64,000 bases of DNA, from assembly GCA_947628705.1 (NCBI GenBank), contig CANRAZ010000002.1, positions 1,128 to 65,127 on the forward strand. Reading direction: 5' to 3'. The position numbers and the translations under genes were made by a program. The DNA comes from an uncultured Lachnospiraceae bacterium. GTDB taxonomy: Bacteria; Bacillota; Clostridia; Lachnospirales; Lachnospiraceae. The number at the start of each line of letters is the position of its first letter. Within the stretch, counting starts at the first letter, position 1. Shown here in pieces: positions 34,896-44,304 of this stretch. The notes beneath the pieces are model-generated. The model made no database searches. It was not told the origin of the DNA and worked only from the letters and a program-made list of their open reading frames with translations.

Positions 34896-36563
34896 TCAAA
34901 AAAGTCCGTCTATCCTTCCGTCAATTACGTCTACGTGCTCCGCCGCCGGAACCTTAGGCAGTCCGGGCATCGTCATAATATTGCCGGTAAGAACCACTAT
35001 AAATCCCGCTCCTGCGCTGACATAGATATCGGATACCGAAACGGTAAATCCCTCCGGTCTTCCGAGAAGGGAAGGATTGTCCGAAAACGAATACTGAGTT
35101 TTTGCGATGCAGACCGGAAATCTCGCAAAGCCGTCGTCTTCCAGCTTTTTCAGCTTATTTCTCGCCTCCGGGCTGTAGCTTACCGAGGACGCCCCGTAAA
35201 TTTCCCTGCATACAGTTTCGATTTTTTCTTCAACAGGCATTTCCGACGGATAAAGAGGTTCAAACAAGGAAGCGTCTTCGTCTAATGTCTGAAGAACCTT
35301 ATGCGCAAGCTCCAGTCCGCCCTCGCCGCCTTTTTCCCAAACATCGGAAAGCGCAAACCGGCAGCCGTGGGATTCGCAAAATCCCTTTACATAATCAAGC
35401 TCCGCATCGGTATCGTCTGAAAAACGGTTCAAAGTAACGACAACAGGGACCTTATATTTATTCAAATTTTCAATGTGTTTTTCAAGATTTACAATGCCCT
35501 TTTTAAGCGCGTTGAGATTTTCGGTTTTAAGTCCGTCCTTCGGCACTCCGCCGTTATATTTAAGCGCTCTTACCGTAGCGACAAGAACAACCGCATCCGG
35601 CTTGAGCCCTCCCTGCCTGCATTTTATGTCAAAAAATTTTTCGGCTCCAAGATCAGCTCCGAAGCCTGCCTCCGTAACAACTACGTCGCAAAGCTTTAAG
35701 GCTGTTTTGGTTGCGATAAGCGAATTGCAGCCATGTGCGATATTGGCAAACGGACCCCCGTGAACAATTACCGGAGTGTTTTCAACAGTCTGGACAAGGT
35801 TAGGCTTAAAAGCGTCTTTTAAAAGAGCCGCCATGGCTCCCACAGCCTTAAGGTCGGCTGCCGTAACCGGCTTTCCGTCATAGGTGTAGGCAACTATTAT
35901 TTTTGAAAGTCTTGATTTTAAATCTTCAAAATCAGATGCAAGGCAGAGGATCGCCATTATTTCAGAAGCAACGGTTATAATGAAATGGTCTTCTCTAACC
36001 TGACCGTTTGCCTTGGAGCCGAGACCGATAACAATGTCTCTGAGCGCCCTGTCGTTCATGTCAAGACACCGTTTCCACGTTACCTGTTTAGGGTCTATGT
36101 TAAGAATGTTCCCCTGATGAATGTGATTGTCAAGCATGGCGGCAAGCAGATTGTTGGCAGATGTGATTGCATGGAAGTCACCCGTAAAATGCAGGTTAAG
36201 GTCTTCCATAGGAACGACCTGCGCATAGCCTCCGCCGGCAGCGCCTCCTTTTACGCCAAAGCACGGTCCCAGAGAAGGTTCTCTAAGCACTATCGTTGAT
36301 TTTACCTTAAGCCTCCCCAGAGCTTCCCCCAAACCAACGGTAACGGTCGTTTTTCCTTCTCCTGCCGGAGTAGGATTTATTGCAGTTACCAGAACCAGCT
36401 TTCCGTCCTTGTAAGATTTAATTTTATCTATAAATTCCTCGGAAAATTTTGCCTTGTATTTTCCGTAAAGCTCAATATCTTCTTCATCTGCACCAAGCAT
36501 TTCCGCTATTTTTTTGATATGTAGAAGCTCGGCCTCCTGAGCAATCTTAATATCCGTTTTCAC
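34896..36563 (-). CDS. fhs: formate--tetrahydrofolate ligase
   Basis: 555 aa. [11 protein letters not shown]..., [10 protein letters not shown]-loop, and [19 protein letters not shown] start with a GGAGGGG RBS. Confidence 0.95.
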   Translation of the reverse strand: MKTDIKIAQEAELLHIKKIAEMLGADEEDIELYGKYKAKFSEEFIDKIKSYKDGKLVLVTAINPTPAGEGKTTVTVGLGEALGRLKVKSTIVLREPSLGPCFGVKGGAAGGGYAQVVPMEDLNLHFTGDFHAITSANNLLAAMLDNHIHQGNILNIDPKQVTWKRCLDMNDRALRDIVIGLGSKANGQVREDHFIITVASEIMAILCLASDFEDLKSRLSKIIVAYTYDGKPVTAADLKAVGAMAALLKDAFKPNLVQTVENTPVIVHGGPFANIAHGCNSLIATKTALKLCDVVVTEAGFGADLGAEKFFDIKCRQGGLKPDAVVLVATVRALKYNGGVPKDGLKTENLNALKKGIVNLEKHIENLNKYKVPVVVTLNRFSDDTDAELDYVKGFCESHGCRFALSDVWEKGGEGGLELAHKVLQTLDEDASLFEPLYPSEMPVEEKIETVCREIYGASSVSYSPEARNKLKKLEDDGFARFPVCIAKTQYSFSDNPSLLGRPEGFTVSVSDIYVSAGAGFIVVLTGNIMTMPGLPKVPAAEHVDVIDGRIDGLF

Positions 36564-36596
36564 AAGTCCCCTCCTGTGCGTACATATAGTCAGTTA

Positions 36597-36625
36597 ATTA
36601 TACCATTCTAGTTAAATGTTGGAAA
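36597..36625 (-). promoter_or_regulatory. putative fhs promoter (extended -10)
   Basis: Minus strand: TTTCCA (36625-36620), 17-nt spacer, TGgTATAAT (-10 at 36602-36597). Confidence 0.5.
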
Positions 36626-36760
36626 GTGATTTCATAAAAAATACACAAATTAATTATTAAAGCGGAATAATTCCTGTACAAAAAAAGGAAGGAGCTTTTA
36701 ATTTTAGAGCCGGCATAGAGCCGGCATATCCGGTAAAAAAGCCGCATCTTTAAATTTTTA

Positions 36761-36789
36761 TTGAAAATAAAAATCTTTTATTGTATTAT
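36761..36789 (+). promoter_or_regulatory. putative promoter of the HAD gene
   Basis: TTGAAA (36761-36766), 17-nt spacer, TATTAT (36784-36789). The -35 sits inside an A/T-only 8-bp inverted repeat. Confidence 0.45.
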
Positions 36790-36830
36790 CATATCCGTGA
36801 CTAATCCCGACGCTTTGGAGGAACCAAAAT

Positions 36831-37511
36831 TTGAACTCAGAAAGAAAAGCTGATAAAAGCAATAAATATACCACTTTAATATACGACCTTGACGGCACTT
36901 TGCTTGACACGCTTGCCGACCTTATGAACAGCGTAAATCATGCGCTTGACTTTTACGGTTACCCTCACCGCAGTCTTGACGAAATAAGACGTTTTATCGG
37001 AAACGGCGTCGCCGTGCTTATGAGGCGCAGCGCTCCGAAAGACTGTCCTCAGGATAAGGTTGACAGAATGCTCGATATTTTCAGGCCGTACTACATGGAG
37101 CACATGTATGACAACACCCGTCCCTATGAGGGCGTTTTAAACATGATGGAGACGGTTCATCTTCTCGGGTATAAGTCTGCAATCGTTTCAAACAAGCTTG
37201 ACGCCGCCGTAAAGGAGCTTGACAAAAGGTACTTCCACGGTCTCACTGAGCTTGCACTTGGCACTCCGAAGGACGCAAAAAAACCCGATCCGACAGGCGT
37301 TTTCATGGCGCTTGAGCGGCTCGGGTCTTCTAAGAACGAATCAATTTATATCGGAGACACTGATATCGACATTGAAACGGCTCATAATGCCGGACTAAAA
37401 TGCATCGGCGTCTCATGGGGATTCAGAGGAAGGCAGTTCCTTGAAGACAATAAATGCGACTACATTATTGACACTCCTGAGGAGCTGGCTAAGCTTCTTA
37501 AAGAATTATAA
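36831..37511 (+). CDS. HAD-superfamily phosphatase (phosphoglycolate phosphatase/PpaX-like)
   Basis: LIYDLDGTLLDT motif I, SNK motif II, and GDTDIDIETAHNAG motifs III/IV. TTG start after GGAGGA. Confidence 0.85.
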   Translation: MNSERKADKSNKYTTLIYDLDGTLLDTLADLMNSVNHALDFYGYPHRSLDEIRRFIGNGVAVLMRRSAPKDCPQDKVDRMLDIFRPYYMEHMYDNTRPYEGVLNMMETVHLLGYKSAIVSNKLDAAVKELDKRYFHGLTELALGTPKDAKKPDPTGVFMALERLGSSKNESIYIGDTDIDIETAHNAGLKCIGVSWGFRGRQFLEDNKCDYIIDTPEELAKLLKEL

Positions 37512-37562
37512 ACAAAGCGTTATATACTAAAGTCTTAAGCTAAAGTCTTTACAGGACTGTTT

Positions 37563-38492
37563 TTACTCCACATAGCTTCTTATAAGCATCATATTTCCTG
37601 AAAGCGTATACTCTCCGAAGCCGTAAGGGATAATGAAGTGGTCGCCCTTTTTCACCGGCGTTCCGTTTACTTTGCCCTCTCCTTCAAGTATGCTGTAGTT
37701 CTGGAAATAATCTTCCATGTCAAAAGTAACTTCTCCGTTCACCTCAAGCTTTTCAACCGAATAGTAATCACAGGAAATAAAATGCGTTATTTTACAGCCT
37801 CCAAGGTCGCTTACGACGGGCTCGGTCATCTCCGGCGTAAAAGGAGCTTTGATAACGTCAATGCTCTGTTTTACATGAAGCTGTCTCGGCTTTCCGTCCT
37901 GAAGCCTGTCATAGTCATAAACTCGGTAGGTTATGTCGCTGTTCTGCTGGGTTTCCAGAATAACGGTCCCGCCCTTTATCGCATGCAGGCAGCCCGGATT
38001 GATTTGAAAGAAATCTCCCTTTTTAACGGGAATCTCCCTGATAAATTCCTTCCATCTGGCATTTTTTATCATGTCGGCGAGCTCGTCGCTGTCCTTCGCA
38101 TTGTGACCGATAACGATAGTAGTGTTTTCTTCACAGTCAAGTATGTACCAGCACTCGGTCTTTCCAAGAGAGCCGTTTTCGTTAACCCTTGCATAGCTGT
38201 CGTCAGGATGTACCTGAATGCTCAAATCGTCCTTCGCGTCGATAATCTTAATAAGAAGCGGAAACCTGTCGCCCTCAAGATTACCGAAAAGCTCTCTGTG
38301 GGAATCCCAAAGCTCGCTCAGACTTTTGCCTGCATATTCTCCGTTCTTAACTATGCAGTCTCCGTTCGGGTGAGCGCTTATTGCCCAGCATTCGCCGGTA
38401 TTGTCACCCGGAATATCATAGCCGAAGTCCCTCAGCTTGCTTCCGCCCCAGATCATCTGTTTAAAAACAGGATTCAAAAAAATAATATCCAT
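37563..38492 (-). CDS. manA: class I mannose-6-phosphate isomerase
   Basis: MDIIFLNPVFKQMIWGGSKL, ECWAISAHPNG, LSIQVHPDD and PGCLHAI motifs typical of Firmicute ManA. ATG at 38490-38492. Confidence 0.88.
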   Translation of the reverse strand: MDIIFLNPVFKQMIWGGSKLRDFGYDIPGDNTGECWAISAHPNGDCIVKNGEYAGKSLSELWDSHRELFGNLEGDRFPLLIKIIDAKDDLSIQVHPDDSYARVNENGSLGKTECWYILDCEENTTIVIGHNAKDSDELADMIKNARWKEFIREIPVKKGDFFQINPGCLHAIKGGTVILETQQNSDITYRVYDYDRLQDGKPRQLHVKQSIDVIKAPFTPEMTEPVVSDLGGCKITHFISCDYYSVEKLEVNGEVTFDMEDYFQNYSILEGEGKVNGTPVKKGDHFIIPYGFGEYTLSGNMMLIRSYVE

Positions 38493-38517
38493 ATTTTCTT
38501 CCTCATTTTCTTTAATG

Positions 38518-39759
38518 TTATTCTTCACCGAATTTAATATCAGCGCCGTACCATGCGTTAAACATCGCTTCAATAATTCCGGGATATTCGCAGACGTTCG
38601 TGCCTCTTCTTATAAGTCCGAACGTTTCACCCTCATAAAAAGCGTTGTTATCCCACCACATTATCGGAACCTTGGCTTCAGCGGCTTTTTCTGCAAAATA
38701 CTGTGTGCATGCGATCCTGTCCTCGAGATTACCGTTTTTGGACATACAGCCGAACTCCCCTATCACGCACGCTATTCCGTTTTCGTGCAGAACAGACGAT
38801 ATGCCTGAAAAAAGATTGTCTATATCTCTCGTATCGTGAGAGTTCCCACGCCATTTATCCGTGCCGTAGATATTCAGGGCGAAGTCGTACGGAAGGTAGG
38901 CGTGTACCGAAAGAATAACTCTTTCGTCATCAGGCATTTTATAATGTTTCCAGACGTCTGAGTTTGAGGTCGCCGCATAGCAGGGTACCATCAAAAACCT
39001 CGTTGCATTGTTGCCGCCCAGTCCTCTTACCGTAGTCACAAAATCATTGCCAAGCTTATTGACGACGCTCTGCGAACGGTAATTTCCGTTCCAATCATCC
39101 TCGACCCTCGGCTCATTCATCGCTTCAAATACCAGACGTTCATCATAATCTGCAAAATAGTTCCCAATCTGCTCCCACATTCTGCAAAGCTTCTCTGAAA
39201 CCTGCGGATAATCCGCCTCTGTAGGCTTAAGCCAGTCCGTTTCATGGTGAGTGTTTATTATGACAAATAATCCCTCGTCAATAGCCCAATCGACGATCTG
39301 CTTCACGCGTTCCAAAAACGCTTCGTCTATGTTATTGTTTGAATCCACGAAATTGTACCATGTGATCGGGATCCGAAGCGTGGTAAATCCGTAATCTGCG
39401 ACCGCTTTTATCAACCCCTGCGTCGTTTCCGGATTTCCCCAGCTGGTTTCCTGAGCAATCGGGGACTGTCCCTCTCCGCCGGTCGCATCAAGGGTGTTTC
39501 CGAGATTCCACCCCAGACCGAGATTGGCAGCAAATTCTATTGCAGTCATCTGGTCAAAGTTATAATCATAGGCCCTTTTTTTAATTATGCCGTAAACAGC
39601 GCTTTCCCTTACGACAGTACTGCTTTCCTCAGGAAGTTCTTCCATGTTCTCCCCCGGCCTGTTTAGATCCGGGTCAGTATTCGGATCCGGCTTCCTGCCG
39701 CACGAAGCACATGCGGCAAGGAGACAGATCATAATAAATACTGCTATTAATCTTTTCAT
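38518..39759 (-). CDS. GH5 endo-beta-1,4-glycanase lipoprotein
   Basis: Lipobox LLAACASC. GWNLGNTLDA, TLRIPITW, FEAMNEP (acid/base), SVHAYLPYDF and VIGEFG (nucleophile). Confidence 0.85.
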   Translation of the reverse strand: MKRLIAVFIMICLLAACASCGRKPDPNTDPDLNRPGENMEELPEESSTVVRESAVYGIIKKRAYDYNFDQMTAIEFAANLGLGWNLGNTLDATGGEGQSPIAQETSWGNPETTQGLIKAVADYGFTTLRIPITWYNFVDSNNNIDEAFLERVKQIVDWAIDEGLFVIINTHHETDWLKPTEADYPQVSEKLCRMWEQIGNYFADYDERLVFEAMNEPRVEDDWNGNYRSQSVVNKLGNDFVTTVRGLGGNNATRFLMVPCYAATSNSDVWKHYKMPDDERVILSVHAYLPYDFALNIYGTDKWRGNSHDTRDIDNLFSGISSVLHENGIACVIGEFGCMSKNGNLEDRIACTQYFAEKAAEAKVPIMWWDNNAFYEGETFGLIRRGTNVCEYPGIIEAMFNAWYGADIKFGEE

Positions 39760-39863
39760 TTATATACCCTTTATTTCAAGAAAAGGAATTTTATCTTTTC
39801 TATTTTGCCTCAATTGTTTGCCGAAGCCTTTTTTATGTGTTCAAAATAAAAGCACGGGCGTAA

Positions 39864-41588
39864 TTATTTTGCAAGCTCCATGAGAGCCGCCGTAAGAGCC
39901 GCAAGCTTTTCGTCGGCGTCCTCGAAGCTGCTTCCCTTTACGCCGATATAAAATTTGATTTTAGGTTCTGTGCCGGAAGGTCTCACGCAGACCCACGCAT
40001 CGCCGTTAAGATCAAAGTAAAGCACGTTGGATTTTCTGAGACCTGTAGGCTTTACTTCACCTGTTTCAAGATTCGTGACCGTGTCTTTGGAATAGTCTCT
40101 GAAAGAAACCACCTTATAGCCGCCAAGCTCCTTCGGAGGATTTGAACGAATTGCCTCCATCATGCTCTTTATCTTCTCTGCACCCTCAATTCCCTTAAGG
40201 GTAATGGTCTCAAGACCTTCTCTGAAGAAGCCGTACTTTTTGTAGATCTCCATCATCTGATCCCAAAGGCTGAGACCCTTTGTGTAATAGTAAGCAGCAG
40301 CCTCGCAAAGCTCCATGACCGCAACAATGGCATCTTTGTCGCGCGCATGCGTACCGACCAGACAGCCATAGCTCTCTTCAAAACCGAATTCAAAGGTTCC
40401 GTGACCGGTTTGCTCGGCGATTTTAATAAGCTCTCCGATGAACTTAAAGCCGGTCAGACATTCCTTAAGCTCGACTCCGTAGGCCTCAGCCACCTTATCA
40501 GCCATATTCGTTGAAACAATTGTCTTAACAATAAAGCTGTCGTCCTTAAGCTCATTCTTTGCCTTTTTCATGCTGAGAAGATATTCACAGATAACCATTC
40601 CCGACATATTTCCCGTAAAAGACATATACTCGCCTGTCGTACTGTCCTTAGCATAGACGCCAAGCCTGTCAGCATCTGGGTCGGTAGCAAGAACAAGGTC
40701 GGCTCCAACCTCGTCCGCAAGCTTAAGAGCAAGCTCAAACGCGCTCTTATTTTCCGGGTTAGGGCTAACTACCGTAGGGAAGTTTCCGTCAGGCTTTTCC
40801 TGTTCGGGAACGACATATACATTTTCAAAACCGATTTCCTTAAGAATCCTTCTTGCCGGTATATTTCCCGTTCCGTGAAGCGGAGTGTAAACAATTTTAA
40901 GAGTCTTTCCGACTTCCCTCACAAGCTCAGGCTGTACGATAAGCTTCTTAAGCTCCTCCATATATCTGTCGTCAATTTCTTTTCCTATAACGTGATAAAG
41001 ACCGGCAGCCTCTGCATCGGCGCGGCTCATAATTTTAACCATGTTCCAATCAGAAACAGCATTTACCTCGTCAATGATTTCAGTATCCTTAGGAGGCGTG
41101 ATCTGCGCTCCGTCTTCCCAGTAAACCTTGTAGCCGTTATATTCGGCAGGGTTATGGCTTGCAGTAACAACTATGCCTGCAATGCAGCCCAGTTCGCGAA
41201 GAGCAAACGAAAGCTCAGGAGTCGGTCTGAGCGATTCAAAACGGTATGCCTTAATGCCGTTTGCACAAAGACACAGTGCAGCCTCCTCAGAAAATTCGAT
41301 TGACATATTTCTTGAGTCGTATGCGATTGCAACGCCTCTGTCCTGTCCGCCTTCTTTGATAATGAAGTTGGCAAGACCCTGAGTTGCCTTTCTTACCGTG
41401 TAAAGGTTCATTCTGTTCGTGCCGGCTCCGATTATTCCTCTAAGACCGCCCGTACCGAACTCAAGCTCACGGTAAAATCTTTCTTTAATCTCCTTCTCAT
41501 CGTTTTCGATGCTCTTAAGCTCTTTCTTTGTTTCGGCGTCGAAGTAATCGTTTTCGCACCAAAACCTGTAGGTTTCCATGTAATCCAT
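39864..41588 (-). CDS. alpha-D-phosphohexomutase (PgcA-type phosphoglucomutase/phosphomannomutase)
   Basis: ELEFGTGGLRGIIGAGTNRMN, active-site TASHNPAEYNGYKV, and TDPDADR. 574 aa. Confidence 0.9.
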   Translation of the reverse strand: MDYMETYRFWCENDYFDAETKKELKSIENDEKEIKERFYRELEFGTGGLRGIIGAGTNRMNLYTVRKATQGLANFIIKEGGQDRGVAIAYDSRNMSIEFSEEAALCLCANGIKAYRFESLRPTPELSFALRELGCIAGIVVTASHNPAEYNGYKVYWEDGAQITPPKDTEIIDEVNAVSDWNMVKIMSRADAEAAGLYHVIGKEIDDRYMEELKKLIVQPELVREVGKTLKIVYTPLHGTGNIPARRILKEIGFENVYVVPEQEKPDGNFPTVVSPNPENKSAFELALKLADEVGADLVLATDPDADRLGVYAKDSTTGEYMSFTGNMSGMVICEYLLSMKKAKNELKDDSFIVKTIVSTNMADKVAEAYGVELKECLTGFKFIGELIKIAEQTGHGTFEFGFEESYGCLVGTHARDKDAIVAVMELCEAAAYYYTKGLSLWDQMMEIYKKYGFFREGLETITLKGIEGAEKIKSMMEAIRSNPPKELGGYKVVSFRDYSKDTVTNLETGEVKPTGLRKSNVLYFDLNGDAWVCVRPSGTEPKIKFYIGVKGSSFEDADEKLAALTAALMELAK

Positions 41589-41648
41589 AGTTTCCGCCTC
41601 CTAAAATTTATTTTGTGTTTCTATAAATTTATGCTTTATATTCAGCAT

Positions 41649-41749
41649 TTTTTAACCTTGCATTTAACGAAGCATTTAAGCATTTATGAATTTTTAACTT
41701 TGCTATTAACAAAGCATTTAAGCATTTATAAATTTTTAACTTTATAAGC
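41649..41749. repeat. 42-bp tandem repeat, 2.4 copies, intergenic
   Basis: Units at 41649-41690 and 41691-41732, plus a partial unit at 41733-41749. The unit is TTTTTAACyTTGCwwTTAACrAAGCATTTAAGCATTTATrAA and contains the doubled octamer AAGCATTT. Confidence 0.9.
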
Positions 41750-41774
41750 TCTATGAAGTTTAAACCCGTAGCCT

Positions 41775-42947
41775 TTATTTCCGGTTAAGCAGCTTCAGGT
41801 TTTTCTCAATAAGCTCGCATCTCTGCTTAACGCAGTCCGGGCTTCTGAGCGGATCCTGAGGCGTATTAAAAATGTAGTCCTCAAGCTTCTTAACGGTTGT
41901 TTTTGCAACGTGCATTCTGGTATCGGAGGACGCATAATAAATAAATACGTCGCCGTTGTCATCAACAATTGCACCGTTTGTAAACACAACATTGGAAACA
42001 TCTCCGACTCTTTCTTCTTCCCTTGGGCCGAGAAGCATTCCTGAAGGCTCTGCAATAACCTTTGACGGGTCGTTTAAATCCGTAGCAAAAGCATAAAGCA
42101 CGTATCTGAGTCCTGCCGCCGTATTACGCACGCCGTGCGCGATATGGAGCCAGCCCTTCTCAGATTTTATCGGCACTGCGCCGGCGCCGTTTTTAGCCTC
42201 GGTAATCGTGTGGTATTTTCTCTGGCTGGTGATGATCTCCTCGTCAATTACGGCGTGTTCAATGTCATCACATAAGCCGAAGCCGATCCCTCCGCCCGAA
42301 CCGGTATCGATAAAATCGTCCATAGGACGCGTATAAAAGGCATATTTTCCGTCTACAAACTCAGGATGTAGCACCACATTCCTCTGCTGCGGAGAATTGA
42401 GCGTTACAAGATTATCCAGTCTTTCCCACGTAACCAAATCCTTCGTCCTTACAATGCCTGCCGCAGCAACCGCCGCCGAAAGGTCATTAACGGACGTGTC
42501 ATTGCTTTCCGAACAGAAAACTCCGTAAATCCACCCGTCCTCATGCTGCGTCAGCCTCATGTCATATACATTGGTCTCCTCCGCGCAGGTGTCCGGAAGA
42601 ACGACGGGATAATCCCTGAATCTGAAATTATCTATTCCGTTCGGACTTTCGGCTACTGCAAAAAAGGATTTTCTGTCATTTCCCTCGACCCTTACCACAA
42701 GACAGTATTTGTCATTAAGCTTGATGGCTCCCGAGTTCATTGTGGCGTTTACGCCAAGCCTTTCCATAAAATCGGGGTTAGTGTCGGCATCAAGGTCATA
42801 TTTCCAGAAAAGCGGGATATAATCTCTTGTTATTACCGGATACTTATATTTTGTATAAATACCGTTATAAAATTCAGAAGGCTCATTTTTTCTCTTTATG
42901 ATCTCCTCCTGTTTTTTTAATTCTTCATAGTATTTCGGATGTATCAA
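41775..42947 (-). CDS. GH130 4-O-beta-D-mannosyl-D-glucose phosphorylase
   Basis: 390 aa. [34 protein letters not shown]..., [40 protein letters not shown] and [14 protein letters not shown] track the Bacteroides fragilis and Ruminococcus albus MGP sequences as I recall them. TTG start after GGGAGGA. Confidence 0.88.
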   Translation of the reverse strand: MIHPKYYEELKKQEEIIKRKNEPSEFYNGIYTKYKYPVITRDYIPLFWKYDLDADTNPDFMERLGVNATMNSGAIKLNDKYCLVVRVEGNDRKSFFAVAESPNGIDNFRFRDYPVVLPDTCAEETNVYDMRLTQHEDGWIYGVFCSESNDTSVNDLSAAVAAAGIVRTKDLVTWERLDNLVTLNSPQQRNVVLHPEFVDGKYAFYTRPMDDFIDTGSGGGIGFGLCDDIEHAVIDEEIITSQRKYHTITEAKNGAGAVPIKSEKGWLHIAHGVRNTAAGLRYVLYAFATDLNDPSKVIAEPSGMLLGPREEERVGDVSNVVFTNGAIVDDNGDVFIYYASSDTRMHVAKTTVKKLEDYIFNTPQDPLRSPDCVKQRCELIEKNLKLLNRK

Positions 42948-43026
42948 TGCTCTAATCCTCCCTTATAATATTTTTAATGCCGCACCGGCGCCGTCGGCAC
43001 GGCCGGTCAAAGCCTCCAACCGTAAA

Positions 43027-44196
43027 TCAGTCCGCCCTGTTCATCAGCTCCATGCACATTCTTCCATTGTGATACGGGCATTTCCATGGCTCAACTATCG
43101 GCTGTTTTGACGTCGGAAGGAAATTTTCCTCTGCATTAAGGCACCAGTACCACTCAGAGCCGACTCTTTTGTCCGTAAGCTTATCTTCAATAAAGCAGAA
43201 AATATCTTCGGAAGCCTTTTTATATTTTTCATCGCCGGTTCTCTGATAACCGTTGTAAAATCCAACCACCGCCTCAGCCTGAACCCACCATATCCTCTTG
43301 GTATCGTCAACACCGTTCTCACATTCATTCAAAAGGGAATGTTCCCTGTAAGCCCGTTCATATATTTTCTCCGTCAAAGCTTTCGTTATCGGAGAAATCT
43401 TCTCCTTTAATCCGTCGTCCTTAAGAACGTCAAGACACCTGTCAACAAGCCATGCGCTCTCGATATCATGGCCGTAAGAGTGAAGGTCTATCAAAGGTCT
43501 ATACTCTCTGTCGAAAAAAACCTCCTGTCTTTTAAGTTCAGGATTATAGATTTTCTCCGCAATTATGTCCAACATAAAGTAAAGCTGTTTCCTCATTCCT
43601 TCATGACCCGAAACGCGGACACATTCGGTATAGGCTTCAAAAACATGGAGAAGCGTGTTCATTGTTTTCTCAGCCATTACGCCGTTTTCCGACAGCTTCT
43701 CATTGGACTCTGGAGCAAAATCAATTGTAAAGGCTTCAAGATATCCGAGCTCGTCCTTCATCTTGTTTTCAATAATGTTATACAGTCCGTCCGCCAGCGC
43801 AAGAGCTTCCTTGTCGCCGCTTGCAGCATAGTAGGTCGAAAGCGCATAAATTGCAAAAGCCTGATTATAGGTATGCTTCGTAGTATCGCAAGGAGTTCCG
43901 TCATAGTTTAACGACCAGAATATTCCGCCGTTTTCCGTGTCAAAACAATGATTTTTCATAAAATCATAAGCGTGCTCTGCGTATTTAAGCAAAGAACCGT
44001 CCTTAAGCGTTAAACAGGCATTTGAAAAAAACCAGAGGATCCTGCTGTTGAGTATACAGCCCTTTACGGCTTTTTTATCAACATTCAAATCAAAATCGAC
44101 GTACCCGTAGTAACCGCCGAATTCATCGTCCTTCAGCTTTTTCCAAAATGGAAGGATCACATTCCTAAGATGCTCCTCCGCTCTTTTTTTTAACAT
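43027..44196 (-). CDS. cellobiose 2-epimerase (AGE superfamily; mannobiose 2-epimerase role)
   Basis: 389 aa. ILPFWKKLKDDEFGGYYGY, ILNSRILWFFSNA, HTYNQAFAIYALS, HSYGHDIESAWL, WWVQAEAVVGF and PWKCPYHNGRMCME closely parallel R. albus CE. Confidence 0.87.
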   Translation of the reverse strand: MLKKRAEEHLRNVILPFWKKLKDDEFGGYYGYVDFDLNVDKKAVKGCILNSRILWFFSNACLTLKDGSLLKYAEHAYDFMKNHCFDTENGGIFWSLNYDGTPCDTTKHTYNQAFAIYALSTYYAASGDKEALALADGLYNIIENKMKDELGYLEAFTIDFAPESNEKLSENGVMAEKTMNTLLHVFEAYTECVRVSGHEGMRKQLYFMLDIIAEKIYNPELKRQEVFFDREYRPLIDLHSYGHDIESAWLVDRCLDVLKDDGLKEKISPITKALTEKIYERAYREHSLLNECENGVDDTKRIWWVQAEAVVGFYNGYQRTGDEKYKKASEDIFCFIEDKLTDKRVGSEWYWCLNAEENFLPTSKQPIVEPWKCPYHNGRMCMELMNRAD

Positions 44197-44304
44197 TTGC
44201 CCACCTCCAAAATGCTGCTGATTGCGTTTTTTAATCAGTCTTTTTTATCATTAAACATTTATATTTTCAGAAAACAGATAAGCCTTCCGCAGCCCTGCGC
44301 CTGT

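Noticed and set aside
37638-38537. 299-aa plus-strand ORF, the longest unassigned ORF in the track
   Set aside because: It is antisense to manA, which carries all the class I PMI motifs. It has no RBS, and its product has no recognisable features.
41649-41749. CRISPR array interpretation of the 42-bp repeats
   Set aside because: The units are directly adjacent with no spacers. There are only 2.4 copies, the sequence is very AT-rich, and no cas genes are present. It is a plain tandem repeat.
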